Below are positions 25,651 to 36,239 of a stretch of 64,000 nucleotides of DNA, piece by piece. The position numbers and the translations under genes were made by a program. Numbering within the stretch: position 1 is the stretch's first letter; the number at the start of each line of letters is the position of its first letter. The notes beneath the pieces are model-generated. The model was given only the letters and a program-made list of their open reading frames with translations, had not been told where the DNA came from and made no database searches. This DNA is from Eledone cirrhosa (taxonomy: Eukaryota): assembly GCA_964016885.1 (NCBI GenBank), contig OZ024753.1:26288001-26352000 (forward strand). The letters run 5' to 3'.

Positions 25651-27158
25651 CATCTAGCATCAAACACCAGAGACACACCCTATACTACATACCCAACACT
25701 AGCTGATCCATTATAACACAAACAACGACATCCCTCTGGAACCCTTCGCAGGGAAAATACCCATTTATACCTCTACGGCAGGTGTGACAACATCCACCCA
25801 CTTGGACGGCACTACACCGCTCTAAGGGTAATTTGAGCATGAATTGATCGGTTGGATGGTGTTGGGCAGAGGAAACACCTTCCTTAGACAGATGTAAAAT
25901 GATTTAATCGAGTAGCGCTGTTGACCAGTAGGACCGGGCTGCTGAGCGCAGTGAGTGAATGCAATGCAACTGCCGTGCGGGTTGTACGTATATGGATGAT
26001 CTGACGGTCAGAGAGGGGTCGCGAGGACTGCGGATTGACCTTTGGCCTGCCTGGGGACGATTATCTTTCGACATCCAATGTAGCAAGCGATGACCCAGAT
26101 CTTACCAGAGATCATTGGGTCCTGAAGCAATCCTGCAATCACCGCGCCTGGTCATATGAGCAGACTACAACCACAGAGATCATTAATTTAGAATCCTCGC
26201 TCATCATCTATAATTTCCATTTGTAGCACCTTAAGATGGGTTAATCCACCTTAATAATAATATGATCACCTTCAGCATAATTTAGTTAAACTACTCTATA
26301 GTTAGTACACTTTATGCTTTAAAAGTCTCTCTTGGAAGGTGCACCTCACCATAGAATTTAGGGTCTATATTGGGACACATTTTAATGGCTAGATATAGAA
26401 ACCCCAGAGTTACCTCCCCGCATGCATTAACTCCCCTTAGCCACACACACACTTCCGGTATTCAATGGCGTTTCTCGAAACGTAACAACCTCCTGTATCG
26501 AACTAAAGAACACCAGACTACGATCTCTAACTGGATTGTCGTGGATTATGTGAAAGGCATATACAATCGAAATATACACTCCCTTGACCATGAAAATGCC
26601 GAAGTACATGAATTACTTGACATCCCTGCGCTGTGCATCTCCAATACTTATAACACTTTTAATGCTTGCACTATCTTTAATGCTTATAATATTTCTCCAC
26701 ACACAGACTATATCAATCATATAAAGACTTTGCCACCAGATCTACCAACCTAACACTCTTATTTACCTACCTAAGTGCCTCTACCACACATATCTCTCTG
26801 CCACACTATATAAACAAGACGCACATGCGTGCCACACATATAACATTTGCACTATATAACCACTTATCTTCATGTTGTACTTTAACCTATATCTTTGATT
26901 TTTGATTGTACCTATTAATATAAATGTAATCTCGAAGTGTGTACTGCCACTCTAAATTCTGTAATGAATGTTGACCCACAATGTTTGAATATGTATCAAT
27001 GTTTGAATATGTATTGGTATGTCTCTCGGCTGAAAAGGAGGTTATATAACTGTCCATGCATTAATAAATTGCTCCGAAGAATCCAAACCTCGGTTTGGAG
27101 GAAACAGCTGTAAGCACAATAATGTTTTGAACAGTTCTTTGATTCTTATATTTCATAT
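25651..27158 (+). repeat. PLE inverted pseudo-LTR (right arm)
   Basis: Near-identical inverted copy of 23023-24530; one substitution noticed near 25688. Confidence 0.95.
27068..27120 (+). ncRNA. Minimal type-I hammerhead ribozyme (variant core), copy 2
   Basis: ATTGCT CCGAAGA A TCCAAAC CTCG GTTTGGA G GAAA CAGCTG TA AGCACAAT; predicted cleavage after A27112. Confidence 0.75.
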
Positions 27159-27451
27159 ATATATGTACATATGTGTGTATATATATATATGTATATATTG
27201 GGTATATATATATATGTACATATGTGTGTATATATATATATATGTATATATTGGGTATATATATATATATGTGTATATATATGTGTATATGTGTATATAT
27301 ATATATGTATATATTGTGTATATATATATATTTATATATTGTGTATATATATATATGTGTGTGTATATGTATATGTGTGTATATATATATGGGTTTATGT
27401 GTATATATATATATGTATATATGTGTGTATATTGTGTATATATATATGCGT

Positions 27452-27489
<38 letters not shown>

Positions 27490-27601
27490 ATATATATATG
27501 TGTGTATATATATATATATATGTGTATATATGTATATATGTATATATATATGTGTGTATATATATATATGTGTATATATGTATGTATATATGTATGTATA
27601 T
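27158..27601. repeat. TA/TG mosaic microsatellite
   Basis: Seen directly. Confidence 0.9.
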
Positions 27602-30600
27602 GTCAGGTTGCTCTCGAGTGCTACTGGTAACATGTAACCCAGTACCATTTCTCTCATAGTCGGGTCGTCGGCGACTAAACCGGCAACCCCACCAAGCTTT
27701 CTTGGTGAAAAGGGTGATATTTGGACACCCTGCGGGATGAAATACAAAACCTGGCAAAGGGTGGAGGAACACGGCTGAGTCAACGGCCATCCAAATAGTC
27801 CTTTTTTTATTTTTATTTTACCTGGGAGTGAAGGGCTCCCTGTTGTTCTCACAACACCTTTCTAGGAGAGGGAAACTCTGAAAAAAAAAAAACCTGCGGC
27901 TTTGGAAGCATCCGATGCTGTTGACCAGTTCTCCTTTTCGGGTAGTGTTTTCGATGCTCAGAGAGTGGGTTTGGTCGCATGCAAGCCATTTCCCCACTTA
28001 AAAAACCTTCAAAGCACAGGGATCGCTTGTTCTGGATCTGTTACAGGTTCGTGTGGCTAGCCGTAGCCTAAAAGTGCACCAAACTCTATGATGACAGATG
28101 ATAACCTTGAAGTCAATGGCAATAAGGGCTCTGGAACTTATTGTGAATGGGTCTGGCCCGGCAGGTGTCCCATGGCACCGCAGTGTGGGCCCGGTCGTCA
28201 TCCTACAACTGCAAGGAGGTTCAAACCTCTGAATATTGGATGTTGGAATGTAAGAACTTTACTGGATTCCCAGCAGTAAAACTCGCCCTGAAAGAAGATC
28301 TGCTTTGGTGTCGAGGGAACTCGATCGCTTTAGCATGGACATCGTTGCTCTTTCAGAAATGAGATTGGCAGGTGAGGGTCAATTCACAGAACAGAAGGGT
28401 GGATATACCTTCTATTGGAGTGGTGGAGCAGAGGGTTGTAGGAGAGAGGCAGGGGTCGCATTTGGAGTCAGGAATGGAATCGTCTCAAAGCTGGAAAATC
28501 TTCCTTGTGGATTCAATGATCGGATAATGTCCATGAGATTCCCTCTGATTCAAAACCGCTTTGTGACTCTGGTCAGTGTGCACGCTCCTACTATGTGTGC
28601 TAGTGATGATGAAAAACTAAGTTTCTACATGTCTTTGAGAGAGGTCATCCATGGTATACCTTATGCAGACAAGATTGTCATCCTTGGTGATTTTAATGCA
28701 CATGTTGGTAATGACTGGGAAGTTTGGAGCGTGATGGGCAGGCATGGAGTAGGTAAGTGCAATAACAATGGCCTACTTCTGTTTCAGATGTGCACTGAGA
28801 TGGATCTTGTTGTTGGGAACGCGCTCTTTCAGCAGAAAGACAAATATAAGACAACTTGGATGCATCCAGGTTCCAAGAAGTGGCACCTTATTGACTTCGT
28901 TTTAACGAGAAAACGTGATATCAGGGATATCACATTGGTTCGTGTATTGCGAGACACGGAATGTTGGACTGATCATCGTCTGGTGCACGCCAAGTTTCAA
29001 TTTGTTGTGAAGCCCAAAATAAGGGGGAAGAAGGTTGCACTCCCAAAACAACTAAACATGGCTTGTCTGAAAACAGAGAAAGTCAGAGCTGAGCTGTCAA
29101 GGCCCCTTGAGTCCATGGAATGTGAAAACACTTGGGAATCATTGAAGAAAACCTTCTATGATGTTAGTGCTGGGGTTTTGTGTGATACCAATAGAAAGCA
29201 TAAAGACTGGTTCGATGAAAATGATCCAGTGATCCAGACCTTGCTTGAAGAGAAACAAAAAGGGCTGACATCATTGTTGAGTGAGACCGGACATTCAGGC
29301 AGATCAAGGCACGTGTGCAACATCGATTGAGAGCCATGCAGGATACCTGGTGGAGCCAAAAGGCTGATGAAATCCAGAAGGCCTCAGATAGATTTGATAG
29401 AAAGCTCCTATACAGTCTGCTCAGGGAGGTGTATGGTCCGACCGGTTCTCAAATATCACCACTTCGCTCCGGGAACTGCAAGGAATTGCTCAGAGATCCG
29501 AAGGAAATCCTGATCGGGTGGCATGACCACTTTGATGAGCTTCTCAACAGACCATCAGAAATTGATGATGAGTTCATCCGGTCGATTCCATCCAGACCTA
29601 CAAAGCTGGCAATGGCTGATCCTCCTTCATTTGATGAGGTGGCGAATGCCATTGCCAAATTAAGCAGCGGCAAGTCACCTGGAATGGATGGACTGAGTGC
29701 CAAGATTTTCAAGTGTGCTGGTGATAACTTCTTAAACCGCCTCACTGATCTCTTTGTGAATGTTTGGAATGAAGAAGATGTGCCACAGGATTGGAAAGAT
29801 GCACTGATGGTGGTACTTTACAAAGGAAAGGGAGCCAAAGATGACTGTGGCAACTACAGAGGTATTTCACTGCTATCTGTGGCTGGGAAGATCTTGTGCA
29901 GGATATTGTTGGACAGATTGATACAGCACATTGCTATTGAGGTACTTCCTGAGTCCCAATGTGGCTTTAGGAATGGTAGAGGCACTGTTGACATGATGTT
30001 CTCGGCCAAACAACTTCAAGAGAAATGCATTGAGCAGCCAATAGAAGTTTTTGTCGATCTGACCAAGGCATTTGACACCGTTAATCGGAAGGCTTTGTGG
30101 GTTATTTTACAGAGATTGGGCTGTCCTGAAAAGTTTGTGAACATTCTGAAACTCATCCACGATGACATGCAGGCATAGGTGAATGATGGAGGTAAACTGT
30201 CTGAGCCAATCTCGGTTGAAAATGGTGTCAAGCAGGATGATTACCTGCACCAACTTTGTTTGCCTTGTATTTCGCGATGGTGTTCTTCATGTCCTTCAAG
30301 GATTGTCAACACGGTATCTATCTCAGATATCGCACTTCCGGCAAGCTGTTTAACCATAGGCATCTCACTGCCAACACTAAGGTACTGAGTACGTTGATCA
30401 GGGAATTTTTATATGTAGATGATTGTGATCTCTTTGCACACTCCCAGAGTGACGTGCAACACGTGCAGTGCTTTGGGATTGACAATCAGTCTGAAGAAGA
30501 CTGTCGTCATGTACCAACCTGCTCCGGATAAAGTTTTCAATGAACCATCCATACACGTATACGGTCAAAAGCTGAAGGCTGCTGACACATTTGTGTATTT

Positions 30601-30775
30601 GGGGAGTACTCTGAGTGTGGCCTGCTCTCTGGATGCAGAAGTTGGTCTACGTGTTAGTAAGGCAAGTGAGTCATTTGGAAGCCTCAACGATCATCTTTGG
30701 TGCAGGCAAGGAATTACAATGAGGACCAAGGTGAGAGTGTATGCTGCATGTGTACTGTCAGCTTTGCTGTATGCT
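27602..30775 (+). mobile_element. RTE family A LINE with 5' UTR, frameshifted ORF and 3' truncation
   Basis: LNIGCWNVRTL, DIVALSE, SVHAPT, LGDFNAHVG, WHLIDFV, TDHRLV, NYRGISLLSVAGK, VDLTKAFD, GVKQ, FLYVDDC. 30481-30773 is near-identical to the 702-1757 copy. Probable ATG at 28172. Confidence 0.92.
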
Positions 30776-31808
30776 GCTGCCGGATCTCGCCCTTGCCATG
30801 ACCCGAGGTAACTAGTGATGTTCGTGAGGGCGCTTGACTGTTGCAGGACCTCTGTCTCGCCATCACCTGAGGTAACTAGTAATGCTCTTCGTGAGGGCGC
30901 TTGGCTGTTTCCGGATCTCAACCATGCCATCACCCGAGGTAACTGGTGATGTTTGTGAAGGCGCTTGGCTGTTGCAACAACTAAGCTTCGCCATCACCGA
31001 GGTATTTGGTCATGCTCCTCGTCAGGGCGCTTGGATATTCCAGCACCTCAGCCTCGCCATCACCTGAGGTAACTGGTGTTGCTCCTCGTGAGAGTGCTTG
31101 GCTATTCCAGCACCTCGGCCTTGCTATTAGCAGAAGTAACTGGTGTTGCCCCTCTTGAGGGTGCTTGGTTATTCCAGCACCTCAGCCTCGCCATCACCCG
31201 AGGCAACTGGTGATGTTCCTCGTGAGGGCGCTTGGCTGTAGCCGGATCTCACCCTTGCCATCACCCGAGGTAACTGGTGATGCCCGTGAGGGCACTTGGC
31301 TTTTCCAGCACCTCAGTCTCGCTATCACCCGAGGTAATATCACCAGTTACCTCGGGTGATGGCGAGGGTTAGATCCTGCAGCAGCCAAGCGCCCCCACGA
31401 AGAACATCACCTGTTACCTCGGGTGTTTACGCGGCTGGAGTGCTCGGATAGCCAAGTACCGTCACGAGCATCACCAGTTACCTTGGGTGATAGCGAGACT
31501 GAGGTGCTGCAATAGCCAAGCGCCCTCACGAGCATCACCATTTACCTTGGGTAATGGCAAGGGTGAGATCTGGCAACAGCCATGCATCCTCACGAGGAGC
31601 ATCACCAGTTACTTCTGCTGATGGCAAGGTTGAGATGCTGGATAGCCAAGCGCTATCACGAGGAGCATCACCAGTTACCTCGGGTGATGACGAGGGTGAG
31701 GTGCTGGAATAGCCAAGTGCCCTGACGAGGAGCATGACCAGTTACCTCGGTGATGGCGAGGCCGAGGCGTTGTAACAGCCAAGCGCTCTCACAGGCATCA
31801 CCAGTTAC
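30775..31808. repeat. GC-rich 64-67-bp minisatellite that reverses orientation at ~31338
   Basis: Unit ~GCCATCACCCGAGGTAACTGGTGATGCTCCTCGTGAGGGCGCTTGGCTATTCCAGCACCTCAGCCTC. About 8 units forward, then about 7 reverse. Confidence 0.9.
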
Positions 31809-31913
31809 CATCTTTCACGTATACCGACTGTTACGCCGGTTCGTATAAGTAGTTTCACTTCACTTCACATTGCTCCAGTACACCTAGTTACACATAGACA
31901 GATACCTACTTTA

Positions 31914-32479
31914 TATCCATGTAGGAGAACCCCTACCGATACGCTGAACGAGTGTGACTTTTTAGTCCAGCCAGCGACTTGAAAACTCTGGTACAAACAC
32001 TACACTTGTGACAATTATTGACACATAGTGCATGGCCCATGGTACCATGTGACGACAAGTGCAGAGAGATCTCCAGATATAAAGCAATGCCTGTGCCGTG
32101 AAGCTTTTATAGTGAGCAAAGGCGTGCACAAAACCAGTCCCACTCTCTTAACCAAGATGATATTTATCAAAAAGAAGAACAAGTTAACATCATTGGATAC
32201 CATCAGGGTTGCAGGTGTTATATCAGAGTTTTCCTTCTCCTAGAATTCTGCCTTGACAAAGGCTAAGGGGTCATCTCTCCCGGTGAATTTGGATGGCCAT
32301 TGACTCTTAAGAGCTCCTTTGCCCTTTGACAGGTTTTGTTTTTAGTCCTGCAGGATGTCCAAAGTCACCCTCCTCACCAAGAAACCTTGGTGGGGTTGCC
32401 AGTTTAGTCGCCAACGACCCGACCATGAGACAGGTTGTACTGGGATACATGTTACCAGTAGCACCAACTGGTGACGTGA
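31914..32479 (-). mobile_element. Bipartite non-autonomous RTE derivative, copy 2 (lacks the last ~40 nt)
   Basis: Reverse complement of ~22210-22770; ORFs 22486(+) and 32015(-) are near-identical. Confidence 0.85.
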
Positions 32480-34350
32480 AATATATATACATACATACAT
32501 ACATACATATACACATACATACATACATACATATATACATACATACACACATACATATACATACATATACACATATACATACATATACACATACATACAT
32601 ATACATACATACATATATACACATACATATACGTATACGTACATATACACACATACATATATATACATACACATACACATACATACATATACACATATAC
32701 ACATATATACACATACACATGCATACATATATACATACATACATATACATACATACATACATACATACATACATACACATACATACACATATACATACAT
32801 ACACATACATACATATATATATACATATACATACATACACATACATACATATATATATACATACATAATATACATATAAATACATACATACATACACATA
32901 CATACATACATACATATACATAAGCATATACACATATACATAAGTATATATAGATATACACAAGTATAAATACATATGCATACATACATATATACATATA
33001 CATACATTTATACACATACATACATATATACATATACATACATACACACATATATACATACATACATACATATACACACATATATACACATACACATACA
33101 TACATATACATACATATACACATACATATATATACATACATACATATACATACACATACATACATATATATATATATATATACACACATATATATACATA
33201 CACACACATATATACATACATACATATACATATACACACATACATACACATACATATACATACATATACACATATATACATATACACTCATATATACATA
33301 TACATACATATATACATATACATACATACACACACATACATACATATATATACATACATATATACATATACATACATACATATACATACACATACATACA
33401 TATATATACATACACATACACACATACACATACATACATACATATACATACATACATACACATACATATACATATATATACATACACCTACACACACATA
33501 TATACATATACACACACATATACACATACATACACACACATACATATATATACACACACACACATACATACACACAAACATACATACATACATATATAAA
33601 TACATATACATTAGTATTCACACATACATATACATATACATATCAGTCTTTATATACACACATATACATATACATACATATATCAGTACCCATACATATA
33701 CATATACATAGTATTTATACATATACACATATACACAGTATTTATACATATATATATATATATATATATACCAGTACCTATACATATACACATACACAGT
33801 ACTTATACATATACACATACATATATATATATATACATAACAGTCCCCATACACATACATATACATATATATACCAGTACTCATACATACACATACATAT
33901 CAGTACTTATACATTAGTACTTATATATCAGTATTTAAACATGCACATATATATATATATATACAGTACTCATACATACACACATATATCAGTATTTATA
34001 CATTAGTATTCATATATTAGTACTTAAACATACATACATATATATACCAGTACTCATACACATATACATATATATCAGTACTTATACACATACACACATA
34101 TCAGTACTCATACATATACACATATATATATCAGTACCCATATACACATACACATATACATATATATATATACCAGTACCTATATACATACACTTATCAG
34201 TACTTATACATACATACATACATATATATATATACCAGCACTTATACACACACATACACATATATATCAGTACTCATACATATATATATATACCAGTACT
34301 TACACACACACACATATATATATATACATATACATGAGTATATATATTAT
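32480..34350. repeat. ~1.9-kb CA/TA/CATA mosaic microsatellite grading into CAGTACT-punctuated units
   Basis: Seen directly; the CAGTAC(T/C) motif recurs from ~33610. Confidence 0.9.
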
Positions 34351-34359
34351 TTCATATTC

Positions 34360-34620
34360 CTCAGCTGTAGAAATGAGATGACAGGACCGGGGCCCCCACC
34401 ACCACCCCACCACAAAGTGGTCGTGGAGGCGCCACGGCAAAAAAAGCACCCAGCCCACACTGTAAAGCTGACGTGGAGGTGTCATGGAAAAAAAAAGCAC
34501 CCAGTACTCACTGCAAACGGGGTTGGCGCCAGGAAGGGCACCCAGCTGTAGAAACCAATCCAGAATCAGCTCCCGTCCCACCCTTGCAAGCATGGAAAAG
34601 CGGACGTATGATGAAGATGA
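34360..34620 (+). mobile_element. 5'-truncated copy of the 16084-16468 SINE with intact RTE-type tail
   Basis: CTCAGCTGTAGAAATGAGATG...GGTTGGCGCCAGGAAGGGCACCCAGCTGTAGAAA...CCCACCCTTGCAAGCATGGAAAAGCGGACGTATGATGAAGATGA. Confidence 0.8.
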
Positions 34621-34932
34621 TATATATATCATATATCATAATCTATAAAGCTCAGTGTGTGGTCATGCTCCTTCGTTATAGAAATCTACGATATAGAATT
34701 TCTTCAATTGAAATTTACAATTCAGTATTCGAAATAGTTTCGATTGCGTCTTGACGCAGATAATTTTTTCAATTTCACCCACAATTACGCAAAAAATAGA
34801 TAAAACTCAATATTTTACGATTTTTCTCTCTCATTTAAACTGCTGAACTCTTTCTACTACCATTCAAAATCTATACAACTTCATACTTTCTGCTACTTTC
34901 TCTTTCCAAGCTTGATGGTGATACTGTCCGTT

Positions 34933-35245
34933 CACACCACTCCCTACTGTCTTAAATTTAGAAAACACATATCCTCTATGAGGTTACTAAACCTGCTAGA
35001 AACAGCAGCTAACTCTCCCCCATATCACACCCTCCCTACTGTCTTAAATTTAGAAAACATATCTTCTATGAGGTCACTAAACCTGCTAGAAACAGCAGCT
35101 AACTCTCCCCCATATCACACCACTCCCTACTGTCTTAAATTTAGAAAACACATATCCCCTATGAGGTCACTAAACCTGCTAGAAACAACAGCTAACTCTC
35201 CCTCGTATCACAACCCTCCCTACTGTCATAAATTTAGAAAACACA
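34933..35245. repeat. 90-93-bp tandem repeat, ~3.4 copies
   Basis: CACACCACTCCCTACTGTCTTAAATTTAGAAAAC... starts at 34933, 35026, 35116 and 35209. Confidence 0.95.
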
Positions 35246-35286
35246 CAGACAACCATGCTGAACAACTCCATCGCAGCTCTGTTGTT

Positions 35287-35380
35287 CGGCTAGCAGAGAG
35301 GGTGAGATTCGAACCATGTAAAGTCGTTGGCCCCTGAGGTTCTTAAGCAGGGCTGCTACTGACTGAGCAACGCGGGTAGC
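35287..35380 (-). other. tRNA-derived segment (A/B boxes); not a clean cloverleaf
   Basis: Minus strand has TGCTCAGTCAGTAGC (A-box-like), a CTTAAGA loop and GGTTCGAATC (B box). Confidence 0.45.
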
Positions 35381-36239
35381 AAAGCAAAACCAAAATAAAA
35401 TAACGCTTATATCGATAAAAAAAATAAAAATTTCCATGTCGCCATCTTGTTTGTTGTTCTTTTATTTTACGTAAATATTTCGCTGCTCTAGCGTCTTATT
35501 TCCTATTAGATTACACTTAATTCCATTAAACATTCATTCTTGGTCTCGTGGTAAACTATTTCATCTATATTTATATCGCTGTTACAGCCTTTTATTTCTA
35601 CATCTTTCACCTATACCGATTGTTACGCCGATCGTATAAGTAGCTTTATAACAAGAAACGATGATATAACTCCACAAAATGTGTTCTTGAGCAAGACACT
35701 TCACTTCATATTGCTCCAGTACACCTAGTTACACATAGACAGATACATACATACACATATATATGTACACAGATAGAAATAAGAGGTAGATAGAGTGATA
35801 GATGTAAATAGAGGGGGAGATGTAGTAATAGATGTAAAGAGAGGGGAAGAGATAAGAGGGAGATAGAGTAAAAGATGTAAAGAGAGGGGGAGAAGGACGA
35901 GTTAGATAGTGTAAAAGATTTAAAGAGAGGGTGAGAGTGTGACACATTTTCTGTCTATCTCTCTCTATTTTAACACCGGTCGTATAATTAGTTTTATAAA
36001 ACCGCTATATTACCTACATGAAAGAGGTAAATAATTATTTCTTAAATGTATAGAACATGTTTCTCTTGTCTTCTTAAATGTATAGAATATGTTTCTTATG
36101 TATATTCTTCACATAGCTAGTACATTATCTCATTTACTGGTCTCTACTTTTAGGACTTTGCTGGTCTCATGTGCCCTCCATCAAGACACACTCGTCCCTT
36201 CTCGTAGCCCCCATACTAATTACTACACATACGTATATA

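Larger units (their letters stand above)
22858..27158 (-). mobile_element. 5'-truncated Penelope-like element (C-terminal GIY-YIG with Cys linker; Neptune/Nematis-type) with inverted pseudo-LTR
   Basis: ORF has RRRNNTFFNPPFNLNVSTNI...KISYSTTPNL...CNCRANRTCPLDKKCLTKDVIY, then YVGSTSNCFKIRYNSH...CNLCILE...LLNKKSE. 1508-bp inverted arms, (TA)n flanks and a hammerhead in each arm. Confidence 0.9.
34642..35643 (+). mobile_element. Putative non-autonomous Helitron containing a tandem array and a tRNA-like insert
   Basis: 5' TCTATAAAGCTCAGTGTGTG; 3' imperfect hairpin TATACCGAT..GATCGTATA plus AGTAG (CTAG-like). Related termini at 31821-31853 and 35971-35991. Confidence 0.45.

Noticed and set aside
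26085-26130. SECIS-like hairpin (ATGA...TGA) in the PLE 3' region
   Set aside because: No apical AA motif at the right spacing, and the in-frame stops in the ORF are TAA rather than TGA.
23023-27158. DNA transposon with long TIRs, or DIRS-type element
   Set aside because: The interior encodes a PLE RT thumb and GIY-YIG, not a transposase or tyrosine recombinase, and the arms carry PLE-type hammerheads.
30775-31808. CRISPR array (palindromic repeat plus spacer, ~67-bp period)
   Set aside because: The would-be spacers are homologous to each other, the context is eukaryotic and there are no cas genes.
22209-32479. Composite transposon bounded by the inverted bipartite elements
   Set aside because: The copies differ at many sites, one is truncated, and no TSD is visible. 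Independent insertions explain it.
32307-33884. Long Tyr/Ile/Cys/Val/Met or His/Thr ORFs (also at 519, 12785, 17783-18917, 27061-27852, 42050, 43248)
   Set aside because: Translations of TA/TG/CA microsatellites that happen to lack stop codons.
35287-35380. Functional tRNA-Leu(TAA) gene
   Set aside because: Acceptor and anticodon stems do not pair properly; kept only as tRNA-derived.
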